Shown here in pieces: positions 52,017 to 61,404 of a stretch of 64,000 nucleotides of DNA. How positions within the stretch are numbered: position 1 is the first letter of the stretch; each line of letters opens with the position of its first letter. The stretch is from Acidobacteriota bacterium (GTDB taxonomy: Bacteria; Acidobacteriota; Thermoanaerobaculia; Multivoradales; J023): positions 1 through 64,000 of the forward strand of contig JBCDIS010000018.1 of the NCBI GenBank assembly GCA_038748685.1, written 5' to 3'. Both the position numbers and the translations under genes were made by a program. Under the pieces are notes generated by a model that saw only the letters and a list, made by a program, of their open reading frames with translations, was not told where the DNA came from and ran no database searches.

Positions 52017-53317
52017 GGGGCGATCTCCGCGCGTTCGAGAACCATGGCCTGCCCGAGGGCGCCGCCGGCGCAGGTGGCGACCATCGCCAGGTCGGCGTCC
52101 TCCTCCCAAAGCCGGTGGGCCGCGGTGGTCAGTAGGCGAGCGCCGTTGGGGGCGAATGGGTTGCCTAGGGCGAGGGAGCCGCCCCAGGCGTTGAGACGGT
52201 CGGGGGGTATGGTGCCGACGGCGGACCCGCGGCCCAGCTGCCGGGCGGCGAAGTCGTCGGACGCCAGCAGTCGCAGCACCGCCAGGATCTGGGCGGCGAA
52301 GGCTTCGTGGATCTCGAAGACGTCGATATCCCCAAGGCTGAGACCGAGTGCGTTCAGCACCTTGGGGATGGCGAAGGCGGGGCCCAATAGCAGCTCGGTC
52401 TTCGGGTCGTGGGCCGTCAGGGTCGACGCCAGGAGACGCGCCCGCGGCGTCAGGCCGAGGGCGCGGGCACGCTCTTCGGCCATGAGCAGCACCACCGCGG
52501 CGCCGTCGGTGAGGAACGACGAGTTGCCGGCGGTGAGGGAGCCCCCCCGGGCGAAGGAAGGTTCGAGGGTCCCCAGGGCCGCCGCATCGGTCCCTGGGCG
52601 GATGCCGTTGTCTTCGCCCACGCGGGTGCCGTCGGCTGTTTCCACCGGCACGATCTCCGGCGCCAGGAGCCCGCGGGATCGCGCCTCGGCGGCCCGGCGG
52701 TGGGACTCGGCGGCGTAGGCGTCCTGGTCGGCGCGGGTGATGCCGAGCCTGCGGGCGAGCCCCTCGGCGTACTGGCCCATGGTCTCACCGGTGGAGAACT
52801 CGGTGATGTCGGGGATCTCCGGCAGGAAATCCCCCGGCCTCAGGGTGGAGAGGAAGGCCATCCACTGGCGGGCGCCCCGGAGCCTGCGGGCCCGCAGCAG
52901 CTTTCGCCGCATGGACCTGCGGAAGCCGATGGGGGGGTCGGAGATGCAGTCGGAGCCGCCGGCGATGACGGCGTCGACCTGGCCGGTGGCCACCAGATCG
53001 GCGCCGATGGAGACGGCGGCGGTGGCGGAGGCGCCGGCGGCGGTGACGGTGAGGGCCGGCACCGAGGCCGGCAAACCGGCGTCGAGGGCGGCCTCCCGGG
53101 CGACGTTGTTGGTCCTGGGGTTGTGGACCGTCCCGCCGATGAGGATCCGTTCGACGTCGCCGGGGCTCAAACCCGTCCGTTCCAACAAACCACGGATCGC
53201 CGCCGACGCCAGCTGGTAGGACATGAGGTCTCCGAATCCCGTCGAGACCTTCTGGAACGGGGTTCGGCAGCCGTCCACGAGGACGACCCGGCGCAGGCTT
53301 GGGGTCGGGCGGGGCAT
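52013..53317 (-). CDS. acetyl-CoA C-acyltransferase (thiolase family)
   Basis: Thiolase N- and C-terminal domains are present, with the active-site Cys region VTAAGASATAAV and the C-terminal GNPFAPNGARLL...ATCAGGALGQAMVLE. Confidence 0.85.
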   Translation of the reverse strand: MPRPTPSLRRVVLVDGCRTPFQKVSTGFGDLMSYQLASAAIRGLLERTGLSPGDVERILIGGTVHNPRTNNVAREAALDAGLPASVPALTVTAAGASATAAVSIGADLVATGQVDAVIAGGSDCISDPPIGFRRSMRRKLLRARRLRGARQWMAFLSTLRPGDFLPEIPDITEFSTGETMGQYAEGLARRLGITRADQDAYAAESHRRAAEARSRGLLAPEIVPVETADGTRVGEDNGIRPGTDAAALGTLEPSFARGGSLTAGNSSFLTDGAAVVLLMAEERARALGLTPRARLLASTLTAHDPKTELLLGPAFAIPKVLNALGLSLGDIDVFEIHEAFAAQILAVLRLLASDDFAARQLGRGSAVGTIPPDRLNAWGGSLALGNPFAPNGARLLTTAAHRLWEEDADLAMVATCAGGALGQAMVLERAEIAP

Positions 53318-53439
53318 GGTGCTTTCTGGTCTTTTGGGGGCTTGTGTTTGGGGCCACTGGGAGGTGGACGGGGAGAATTATGCCAATGCCCGCGGCTCCC
53401 GTCACCCGCCTTGGGGGGCGAGGCGGTTCGATCGTGCCC

Positions 53440-54744
53440 TCAGCGTCGGCCGGCGAAGAGGGCGAGGTACGCCCCCAGGGTCTCCAGGGCCAGGCGGTCG
53501 GCGGGGGTGTCAACGACCCGGATACCGGCGTGGCGCAGCCGCGCGGCGAGGCGTCGATTGGCGAGGAGGATCTCGAGGGCGGCGACCTTGGCGAAGGCCC
53601 CCTGGTGGGTGTCGGGGGGGCCGTGGGCGAGGGCGACGAGCTCGGGATCCTGGAGATTCACCAGGATCGGCCGATGACGCCGTTCGAGGGCGAGGATCGC
53701 ACGCCGCAACAGCTCCGCCGCCGCCAGGTCCACCACGGAGGTGAAGAGCACCACGGTGGAACGGCGGGATTCGAAGCCGCGGGCCGCTTCCGCCGCGATG
53801 TCGAAGGCCGGCTCGGCGAGGCGGGCTTCGAGATCGTAGAGGGCCCCGAAGGCTGTGTGGGCCGCCCGGTGCCCGCCCCGCAGGCGCACCGTCCGTTCGA
53901 GGCGATCCGAGAAGGCGGCGAGGGTCACCCGATCCCCCCTGGCGGCGGCCACCCGGGTCAGCGCCTGGGCCGCCGCCAGGGCGTGGTCGAGCTTGGAGCG
54001 TCCGCCGTCGTCCCCGCCGGCCATGCCGCGGGCGCAGTCCAGCAGCACGACCAGGCGGGCCCCCCGTTCCCAGGTGTCCTCGCGGGTCACCAGGTGACCG
54101 TGGCGGGCCGACGCCTTCCAGTGGATCTTGCTCGGCGGGTCCCCGGGGAGGTAGCCCCGCAGCGCGTAGGGCTCGGTGCCCACCCCCCGCAGCTGCCGCG
54201 GATGCTGGCCGAGGCTGCGGCGATGGGCCAGCAGCAGGAGCCTGCCCACCTCGCCGTCCCACCGCACCTGGGGGTAGACCCTTCGGGGCTCCGGGGCCAG
54301 CAGCTGTCGCTGATGCCAGCCTAAGCCCCACGGGCCGAGGATCCGGACCATCAGGGGGCCCGCCCCGTGCTCCCCCCGCCGCCGCGGGACGATCCCGTAG
54401 CTCCATCCCTCGCCGCCCCCCGCCGGCAGGGTGAAGGCGGCCCGCTGCGGCGCCGCGGCCAGGGCCGGGTGGAGGGTGTCCCGCAGGCGGAGGTCGAGAT
54501 CCCGTCCCTCCGGAGTCGAGAGGTCGACCTCCACCGTCGCCGGAGCCCCCTGCACCAGCAGTTGGGGCCAGCGCCGGCGCGCGTCCAAGGGGGTGGCGCG
54601 GGCCCGGGCCACGTCGATCACCAGGGCCCCCAGCAGCAGAGCGTCGAGGGCGAGGGCGACCCAGGCCAGGGGGGGCACGAGGATCCCCCCCACACCGAGG
54701 ACGGTGGTCAGCGCCAGCAGGTAGAAGAGGCGAGCGGCCGGCAT
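53440..54744 (-). CDS. DUF58-domain protein (MoxR-associated, vWA-like)
   Basis: N-terminal TM helices are followed by the DUF58 core (GYLPGDPPSKIHWKASARHGHLVTRE...LVVLLDCARGMAGGDDGGRSKLDHAL). Confidence 0.8.
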   Translation of the reverse strand: MPAARLFYLLALTTVLGVGGILVPPLAWVALALDALLLGALVIDVARARATPLDARRRWPQLLVQGAPATVEVDLSTPEGRDLDLRLRDTLHPALAAAPQRAAFTLPAGGGEGWSYGIVPRRRGEHGAGPLMVRILGPWGLGWHQRQLLAPEPRRVYPQVRWDGEVGRLLLLAHRRSLGQHPRQLRGVGTEPYALRGYLPGDPPSKIHWKASARHGHLVTREDTWERGARLVVLLDCARGMAGGDDGGRSKLDHALAAAQALTRVAAARGDRVTLAAFSDRLERTVRLRGGHRAAHTAFGALYDLEARLAEPAFDIAAEAARGFESRRSTVVLFTSVVDLAAAELLRRAILALERRHRPILVNLQDPELVALAHGPPDTHQGAFAKVAALEILLANRRLAARLRHAGIRVVDTPADRLALETLGAYLALFAGRR

Positions 54745-54753
54745 CGTCGCGGC

Positions 54754-55761
54754 TCAGCGGTCCCCGGGGGATTTCGGGACGTCCACCGATGCCGCCAGAT
54801 CTTCCAAGATGCGCCGGGCGCTGTGCCCTTCGAGCTCCGCCTCGGCGCCGAGGATCAGCCGATGGCGCCAGCAGGGGACGAGGAAGCGCTTGAGGTCGTC
54901 CGGCACGACGAAGTCCCGGCCCTCCAGGAGAGCGCCGGCGCGGGCGGTTTCGAGCAGAGCCAGGGCCCCCCGCGGACTGATAGCCAGCTCCAGATGGGGG
55001 GAGCTGCGGGCGGCCTGGGCGAGGCGGGCCAGGTAGCCCAAGAGCTCGTCTGAAACGTGGACCCGGCGGGAGGCGAAGCGCAGGGCGACGGCCTCCGCCC
55101 CCGTCATCACCGGTTCCGGCAGGAGCTCGTGGCCGAAGGGGCGGTCCCCCACCGCTCGGCGGTAGAGCTCCATCTCCATCTCCGGTTCCGGCAGGCCCAT
55201 GTCGACCCGGGCGAGGAAGCGATCCAGCTGGGCCTCCGGCAGTGGGTAGGTCCCCTCCAGCTCGATGGGGTTTTGGGTCGCGACGACGAAGAAGCCGTCG
55301 CCCAAGGGGTGGCGCTCGCCGTCGATGGTGACCTGCTGCTCCTGCATGGCTTCGAGGAGGGCGGACTGGGTCTTGGGGGGTGTACGGTTGATCTCGTCCG
55401 CCATCAAGATCTGGGTGAAGACGGGTCCCCGGACGAGGCGAAAGCCGCCGGTGTCCTGATCGAAGACGTTGGTGCCGAGCACGTCGCCGGGCATCAGGTC
55501 GGGGGTCAGCTGGAGGCGCTGGAAGTCGAGGCCCAGGGCGGCGGCGAAGCAGCGCGCGAGGAGGGTCTTGCCGATGCCGGGCATCCCCTCGAGCAGACCG
55601 TGCCCACCCGCGAGGTACACCGCCACCAGCGCCTCGGCGGCGGGGCGCTGTCCGAGCACGTGACGGTCGAGGGTGTCGACGAGGCGGGTGGCGAGGGACG
55701 TCGCCACCTCCGGGGTGAGGCCCTGGGGGCCCTCCGGGGCGATTCCGGTCGGTTCGGTCAT
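54754..55761 (-). CDS. MoxR-family AAA+ ATPase
   Basis: GHGLLEGMPGIGKTLLAR (Walker A), ILMADEINRTPPKTQSALLEAMQE (Walker B/sensor) and VVATQNPIE. The ATG at 55761 overlaps the TGA of the upstream gene (ATGA). The 5' 357 codons of ORF 54754..56835 are a P/R artefact. Confidence 0.9.
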   Translation of the reverse strand: MTEPTGIAPEGPQGLTPEVATSLATRLVDTLDRHVLGQRPAAEALVAVYLAGGHGLLEGMPGIGKTLLARCFAAALGLDFQRLQLTPDLMPGDVLGTNVFDQDTGGFRLVRGPVFTQILMADEINRTPPKTQSALLEAMQEQQVTIDGERHPLGDGFFVVATQNPIELEGTYPLPEAQLDRFLARVDMGLPEPEMEMELYRRAVGDRPFGHELLPEPVMTGAEAVALRFASRRVHVSDELLGYLARLAQAARSSPHLELAISPRGALALLETARAGALLEGRDFVVPDDLKRFLVPCWRHRLILGAEAELEGHSARRILEDLAASVDVPKSPGDR

Positions 55762-56852
55762 GTCGAGGCTCTCCTGTCGGTATGGCTCGGGGAAGCGAGG
55801 GCTCGGGCGAAGCGCACGAGGTCGTCGCCGCTTTGGACCCCCTCGGGGTCTTGGTCCTCGGGGGGGGTGAGCTGCGGGTCGAGGGCCCGGGCCCGTTCCA
55901 GCATTCTGCGGGCGGCGTCGGGGTGGTGTCCCATTCGGTGGTGGAGGTGGCCGAGGCTGGCGAGGAAGGCCCCGGTAGTGCCCTGGCGGCGGCGGGGCGG
56001 TCCCCAGGCGGGTCCGAAGCGGCGGGCCAGGGCCACCAGGGCGAGCACGTAGATAACGCCGACGTGCCAGGCGAAGAGGTCGAAGGCGTGGCTGCCCGCC
56101 CGCTCGATCAGCTCCGGTCTGACCAGGCCGTGGTGGTACTCGTCGAAGGCCCAGGGGCCCTCGAGGTCCGCCGCCAGGGTTTCGAGCAGCGCCCCGTTGT
56201 CCGCCGAGCCGAGGTGAGCGTTGGCGAAAAGGGGTGCCGGCAGGGCCACCACTCGGCCGCGCTGGTGTCCATAGCTGAAAACCAGGGGGGCGCCGTCCCC
56301 TTCGGCCCGCGGCGCGCGGTAGAGCACGTCCGCACCGGCCGGGGCCGGGGGCGCCCGTCGGGGGGCCCGCAGCTCGAGGTCCGGACCATCCCAAGGGGAT
56401 TCCGGGGTCAGAGTCCAGGTCGCCTTGCGGTGGGTCCACCAGGTCCAGGGGGTGAGGGGGGGAGGCCCACGGAGGTCCCGGGGACGATCGAGCCCGAGGG
56501 CTTCGAGGATCTCGATCTCGGAGGAGCTCGCGGGTCCGCCGCTGTAGCCCAGCAGCACCGTCCCCCCCCGCCGCAGGTGGCCCGCCACGGCCCGGGCTTC
56601 GCCGCTGTGGGGCGGACGCTGCCAGGGGAAGGTCAAGACCAGGACGGTACCGTGGTTCGGCGCCTCCGTCAGGGGGCCGTCCCGCATCTCGGTCTCGAGG
56701 CCCCGGGCTTCGCGGTAAGCGCCGGCGGCGAACCATCCGCCGGGCCCGCGTCCGAGGACGCTGCCGGCGGTACCGCGCTCCGTAGGACCGATGATCCAGA
56801 CGATGGCCACCAGCCCCAGGGCCGCCAAGAGCCATGGAGCCGCCTGCTTCAC
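55758..56852 (-). CDS. DUF4350-like protein (MoxR cluster)
   Basis: The non-P/R part of ORF 55758..57299 begins at the GTG at 56852, which overlaps the upstream TGA (GTGA). It has an N-terminal TM helix (WLLAALGLVAIVWIIG), then a soluble domain and C-terminal TM. Confidence 0.65.
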   Translation of the reverse strand: MKQAAPWLLAALGLVAIVWIIGPTERGTAGSVLGRGPGGWFAAGAYREARGLETEMRDGPLTEAPNHGTVLVLTFPWQRPPHSGEARAVAGHLRRGGTVLLGYSGGPASSSEIEILEALGLDRPRDLRGPPPLTPWTWWTHRKATWTLTPESPWDGPDLELRAPRRAPPAPAGADVLYRAPRAEGDGAPLVFSYGHQRGRVVALPAPLFANAHLGSADNGALLETLAADLEGPWAFDEYHHGLVRPELIERAGSHAFDLFAWHVGVIYVLALVALARRFGPAWGPPRRRQGTTGAFLASLGHLHHRMGHHPDAARRMLERARALDPQLTPPEDQDPEGVQSGDDLVRFARALASPSHTDRRAST

Positions 56853-57568
56853 GTCCGGCCCTCCAAATCGCGCCGCAGCCGGCTCCACAGGGTCTCGACG
56901 TCCCCCACGGTGGGGTCCTCCGTGGCGTAGAGCAGCCGGTCGAAGTTGCGGACCGCCGGCATCAGCTCCCGGCGCCCGGCCCGGGTCACCAGCTCCCGCG
57001 TGGTCCAGGAGGGTTCGGCCTCCGCGGCCCCGAGCGCCTTGGCGAGCCACCACCAGAGGGCTTCGAGGGCGGCGGACGCCTCCCCGGCAGCCAACAGGTC
57101 GCGGACCCTTGCCCCGCGATCGCCGTCGGCCCCGTCGATCCCGTCGTCGGAGTCCGCGGGGCGGCCGAGGGGGCGGGTGGGGGTCGGGGCGGGGCGCTTC
57201 CTGGTCAGCCAGCGGCGGGCCGCCAGGAGTCCGATGGCGAGGGCCATGGAGATCAGCAGGATCCGGAGACCCCAGAGCACCACCTCCGCCCGCAGCCACT
57301 CCGGGTCGAAGCCTGGAAGGGCGTCCGCCAGCCAGTGGAGGAACGCCATCAGGAGATCCTGGAGGTAGTCCGAGGTGCTCGGGGAGGGGGCGCGGGTCTC
57401 GACCTCGACGAGGGCCCCGGCGAGGGCCTCGGCGTCCGCCGGTCGGGGGGGCGGAAGGGTTTCGATGTCGGTGCCTCGGGCCGCGGAGGCGACGGCGGGG
57501 GCCACGTGGAGCGCCGTGAGCAGCCCCCAGACCGCGGGACGGAGGACCGGCCGAAGCACGGAGGGCAT
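56849..57568 (-). CDS. DUF4129-like membrane protein (MoxR cluster)
   Basis: Signal/TM region, a central TM (ILLISMALAIGLLAARRW) and a C-terminal helical domain with a conserved WWWLAKAL. Confidence 0.65.
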   Translation of the reverse strand: MPSVLRPVLRPAVWGLLTALHVAPAVASAARGTDIETLPPPRPADAEALAGALVEVETRAPSPSTSDYLQDLLMAFLHWLADALPGFDPEWLRAEVVLWGLRILLISMALAIGLLAARRWLTRKRPAPTPTRPLGRPADSDDGIDGADGDRGARVRDLLAAGEASAALEALWWWLAKALGAAEAEPSWTTRELVTRAGRRELMPAVRNFDRLLYATEDPTVGDVETLWSRLRRDLEGRT

Positions 57569-57572
57569 GGGT

Positions 57573-58526
57573 TCAGCGGATCCCTTCCGGCCCGTCGAGG
57601 TCGCCGCGCCCAGTTTCGTCGCGCCCCGTTTCGTCGATCTGGGGCCCGTCGCCGGTCATCGCGTCGATCGCGAGCCGGAGATCGTCCCCCTCCCGCCGTC
57701 GGCGTAGCTCTACATAAAAAAAGGAGAGGCCGAAGGCCCAGTACAGCCACGCCGCCAGGGTGGCGAGGGTACCCAAAGCCTGGGTCGGGATCTGGAGCCA
57801 AAGGCTGGAGGACAGAATCGCCTGGGGGTCACCGATCTGTCCGGAGGCGGCGTCCCGGGCGATGAGGTACTGCTGGGTGATGAGGAACGGCGCCTGGACG
57901 ACGAAGGAGAGGGAATAGCCGATCAGCCCGCCGACGAAGAGCAGCGTCAACGTCTGTACAAAGGCGCTGTCCGCCAGCCGGCCGGTGGGGTTCCACCACA
58001 CCAGCTCGGCGCTGCGCCGGATCGCATCCATGCCGTAGCGCCCCTCCACCGCCATCACCGGAATCACCAGGCTCAAGAGGGGCATCACGAAGACCGCCGG
58101 GACCAGGCACAGCATCAGGCTCAGGCCCGCCGCCAGCACCGTGACCACCAGGGTCCCGAGGGCCGCCGGGCGGGTGATGCTGCGCCACGCCCGTCCCATG
58201 TGGGGCTCCCCTCCGGTCATCGCCGAGGCGGTCGCCATCCCCAGGGCGCCGTAGGTCAGGGTCAGGACGGCGTAGTAGACCACCGAGGCCGCCAGCAAGC
58301 CCCCGAAGACGCCGAAGACGGCGGTGAGGTCTCCCTGGGTCATGGCCCCCAGCCAGCGCATCTGGAGGGTACCGAGGATCACCGTCATCGCCATCATCGG
58401 CAGGGCGGTGGCCAGGAACACCCGCCTTAGGGATCCCAGGGCGGGGGGGACGATGCGGTCCAGGAGGAGCCGGAAGGGGATGATCTCGAGCGTCCTCGGG
58501 TCCGGCGGGGACTGGGCCTCCCTCAT
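57573..58526 (-). CDS. polytopic membrane protein of unknown function (MoxR cluster)
   Basis: Start at the ATG at 58526 overlaps the upstream TGA (ATGA). There are 6-7 predicted TM helices; the 5' part of ORF 57573..59630 is a P/R-rich artefact. Confidence 0.6.
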   Translation of the reverse strand: MREAQSPPDPRTLEIIPFRLLLDRIVPPALGSLRRVFLATALPMMAMTVILGTLQMRWLGAMTQGDLTAVFGVFGGLLAASVVYYAVLTLTYGALGMATASAMTGGEPHMGRAWRSITRPAALGTLVVTVLAAGLSLMLCLVPAVFVMPLLSLVIPVMAVEGRYGMDAIRRSAELVWWNPTGRLADSAFVQTLTLLFVGGLIGYSLSFVVQAPFLITQQYLIARDAASGQIGDPQAILSSSLWLQIPTQALGTLATLAAWLYWAFGLSFFYVELRRRREGDDLRLAIDAMTGDGPQIDETGRDETGRGDLDGPEGIR

Positions 58527-59509
58527 GCCGCGACCTCCGGGGATGAGGGCGCGGCGGCGGGCGCCTGTGCCGGAAGGAAGGCCCAGCCGAGGAAGACCGC
58601 TTCGAGGAGCAGGCCCACCGCCGCCTTGGTGGCGAAGGGGAGATCGGAGGGGGAAAGGAATCCCTCGACGAAACCGAGGACGAGGATCCACGGCAGGGCG
58701 CCGAGGAGCACCACCAGGGCGTCTTTCCCCGCCGCCCGCAAGCGGCGGGATCGGGGCTGGTCGTCCGCCACCACCAGGGCCCGGCCCATGTGTAGACCGG
58801 CGCCGGCGCTGACCACGATCAGCGACAGCTCCAGGGGGCCGTGGGCGGCGATGAAGTCCAGCAGGGCTCCGGCCATCGAGTACTGGGCCACCAGGGCGAG
58901 GACGGCGCCGAGCATCAGGCCGTTCATCACCAGGACCCAGAGGGCGCCGAATCCGGCGATGGCGCCGCCCGCCCAGGCCACGATCGCCACCTTCATGTTG
59001 TTGGTGGCGATCTGACCCGAGGCGACGGCGTGGGGGGTCACGGAGAAGATCGAATCGGTCCACAGCTCCCCCCGCGCCAGCCCGGCCGAGGCCTCGGGGG
59101 GCAGGAAGAGGGACGCCAGGCCCGGCTGGGCGACGGTGAGGGTGAAGCCGAAGAGGGTGGCCGTGACGAAAAGGGCCGCGGCGACGGCCATGGGGCCCAG
59201 GAGGCTCTGAAACGCCCGCGGAAAGGTCTGGACGAGGAAGCGTCTGGGGCTCGGCAGGGTGGCGCCGTCGTCCCGCTGCAGCCAGTGGGTGGCGTCGAGG
59301 ACCAACCTCTGCAGCCGCCGGGCCATGGCGGTTCCCGGAAAGCGGGCCTGGGCTAGGGAATGGTCGTGGAGGACCTGCCGATAGTGGAAAGCCATGGCCT
59401 CCAGGTCGTCGTAGCCGAGGCCCTTGGGATCCCGCCGCGCCGTGGCCAGGGCCTTCTCTAGCTCGGCGCACGCGGGCTCCCGCAGCTCGACAAAGCGTCG
59501 ATAGTCCAC
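58523..59509 (-). CDS. SpoIIM-like (DUF95) membrane protein
   Basis: N-terminal cytoplasmic helical domain plus 5-6 TM helices, with the conserved region ATNNMKVAIVAWAGGAIAGFGALWVLVMNGLMLG typical of the stage II sporulation protein M family. Confidence 0.7.
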   Translation of the reverse strand: MDYRRFVELREPACAELEKALATARRDPKGLGYDDLEAMAFHYRQVLHDHSLAQARFPGTAMARRLQRLVLDATHWLQRDDGATLPSPRRFLVQTFPRAFQSLLGPMAVAAALFVTATLFGFTLTVAQPGLASLFLPPEASAGLARGELWTDSIFSVTPHAVASGQIATNNMKVAIVAWAGGAIAGFGALWVLVMNGLMLGAVLALVAQYSMAGALLDFIAAHGPLELSLIVVSAGAGLHMGRALVVADDQPRSRRLRAAGKDALVVLLGALPWILVLGFVEGFLSPSDLPFATKAAVGLLLEAVFLGWAFLPAQAPAAAPSSPEVAA

Positions 59510-60298
59510 TCAGACCTCCGCCGCCAGGATTCGGCTCAGGTAGACAAGGGGGTCGTCGGGGGCCGGGGCGTCGTCGGCCCATTCCGCCTCCCCGCCGGCG
59601 ATGAAGTCCGGCTCCCGGCGCCGCAGCCATCCGTTCACTTGTTCCGCCATCCGCCGGGCCCGCTCCGGTTCCATGGCGTGGGCCCGGCCCAGGAGGCTCT
59701 CCACCACGGCCACGTCCCGGCCCGTCCAGGAGTCGGGGACACGGCCGAGGCTCGGCGCCCCGTCGCGCTCCCCCCGGTGGTGGACGACGAGGGTCGACGC
59801 CACGAGGTCCCCCAGCCGGCGGCTGCGTGTGTCGAGGGCCATGATCGGAACGCCGACGGCGAGGTCCAGGCTCCGTAGGAGGTTGCGCAGCAGGATCGCG
59901 GCGGACGACGCCCTACCCCCCACCGAGGAGACGGTGCGTAGCCCGAGGGCGCGTTTGCCGGGGGTCTGCCCGTCCATCGTCAGCTCGCAGGCCGCGAAAT
60001 AGCCCCACTGGATCAGAAACGCGCCGATGAGGAACAGGGCGACGGCCCACGGCCCCGAAAGGCCCGCCAGGTTGAACAGCGAAAGGACGCCGAGGCCCCA
60101 GATGGCGATCCCCAAAAGGGCGAGGAGGTGGTCGACGAAGGTCGCCAAGCCGCGGCTGCCCAGCCCCGCGAGGGGCAAGCCGAGGCGGACGTTGTCGAGC
60201 CCCAGGACGGCGTCGTGGGCTGTTTCGATCTGGGGGGTGGTGAGGGGCGTTGGGCTGGGTCGTTCCAAGGAGAGCTCCCGTGCCCCCGAGGATACCAA
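59510..60298 (-). CDS. RDD-family membrane protein
   Basis: RDD-like N-terminal module (GLATFVDHLLALLGIAIWGLGVL...QWGYFAACELTMDGQTPGKRALGLRTV) with a C-terminal soluble domain. It is the first gene of the cluster and directly abuts the next gene. Confidence 0.7.
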   Translation of the reverse strand: MVSSGARELSLERPSPTPLTTPQIETAHDAVLGLDNVRLGLPLAGLGSRGLATFVDHLLALLGIAIWGLGVLSLFNLAGLSGPWAVALFLIGAFLIQWGYFAACELTMDGQTPGKRALGLRTVSSVGGRASSAAILLRNLLRSLDLAVGVPIMALDTRSRRLGDLVASTLVVHHRGERDGAPSLGRVPDSWTGRDVAVVESLLGRAHAMEPERARRMAEQVNGWLRRREPDFIAGGEAEWADDAPAPDDPLVYLSRILAAEV

Positions 60299-60307
60299 CC
60301 CTGCGGG

Positions 60308-61255
60308 TCAGTCGCGACGGTCCAGGCGGCGGCTGGGTTCTTCGTCGCCGCCGGTCATCGGCGTCAGGTTGACCATGCTGATGCGCCGCTCCCGTCGGTC
60401 CCTGGGGCCCGGGCCGGTACGGGTGATGACCTTGAGATCCTGGTGCAGGGAGTAGCCGACGGCCACCACCATCTTGCCCCCCACCGCCAGCTGGCGGAAC
60501 AGGGGCTCGGGGATCTCCGTCGGCGCCGCGGTGACCAGGATGGCGTCGAAGGGTGCCTTCTCGGGCCAGCCGTGGTAGCCGTTGTCGATGCGCACCTGGA
60601 CGTTGTCGTAGCCGAGGCGCTCGAGGCGTTCGATGGCGCCGGAGCCGAGGTCGGGGTCGATCTCGATGGTCCACACCTCGCGGGCGAGCTTGGAGAGGAT
60701 CGCGGCGTCGTAGCCGGAGCCGGTTCCGATCTCGAGCACCCGCTCGTCACCGTCGAGCTGGAGAAGGGAGATCATGCGGGCGGAGACGTAGGCCTGCGAC
60801 AGGGTCTGGCCCGGTGCGATCTGCACGGGGACATCGTCGTACGCCCGGGGCTTCATGACCTCAGGGACGAAGAGATGGCGTGGGATCTGCTCCATGGCCG
60901 AAAGCACGCTGGGCTCGCGGATGCCCCGCCGGCGGACCTGCTGGTCCACCATGCGCTGGCGTGCGTTGCCGAAAGGGTCGCCCAGCTCCGTCCCCCCGGC
61001 GCCCTGGGCCGCGGCGGGCACGATGGGGACCGCGGTGAGCATGCCGAGGGCGAGGGCCACCGCCGAGACCGTCGCCCTTCTGAAGGGGCGAACCCGCGGC
61101 CGGAAGCGGGCGCCCCTGTCCCCAGAATGCGACACCGCCGCTGGCCAGGCCCCTACCCGGCCGTTTTGGCCCGCGCCGTTTTGGCCGGTACGGGGCTGCG
61201 CCGGACACGCCGAAGGCGTAGGGGCGGGGCCAGATTCGCGATTTTGGAGTGCCAT
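60308..61255 (-). CDS. pcm: protein-L-isoaspartate O-methyltransferase (Pcm) with an N-terminal signal-peptide-like extension
   Basis: The PIMT core is LEIGTGSGYDAAILSKLAREVWTIEI...AILVTAAPTEIPEPLFRQLAVGGKMVVAVG. It is preceded by VSAVALALGMLTAVPIVPAAAQGAG. Start is uncertain (ATG at 61255 or 61297). Confidence 0.7.
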   Translation of the reverse strand: MALQNRESGPAPTPSACPAQPRTGQNGAGQNGRVGAWPAAVSHSGDRGARFRPRVRPFRRATVSAVALALGMLTAVPIVPAAAQGAGGTELGDPFGNARQRMVDQQVRRRGIREPSVLSAMEQIPRHLFVPEVMKPRAYDDVPVQIAPGQTLSQAYVSARMISLLQLDGDERVLEIGTGSGYDAAILSKLAREVWTIEIDPDLGSGAIERLERLGYDNVQVRIDNGYHGWPEKAPFDAILVTAAPTEIPEPLFRQLAVGGKMVVAVGYSLHQDLKVITRTGPGPRDRRERRISMVNLTPMTGGDEEPSRRLDRRD

Positions 61256-61404
61256 GGTCGAAGATCCTGGGGATGTTCCTCGGTAGGATTCTCTCATACC
61301 TCCACAAGGTTTCTGCAAGACGCGGGCCAGAAGACGCGGCCGGTTCGGGACCTTGGTGGATAGGTCCCGGACCCGGGGTCCGCTGGTAAACTGCCGGTCG
61401 TCCG

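Noticed and set aside
54754-56835. 693-aa ORF treated as one gene
   Set aside because: Only the last 335 codons (MoxR) are protein-like. The upstream part is a P/R-rich out-of-frame overlap of the DUF4350 gene, so the call was split into separate genes.
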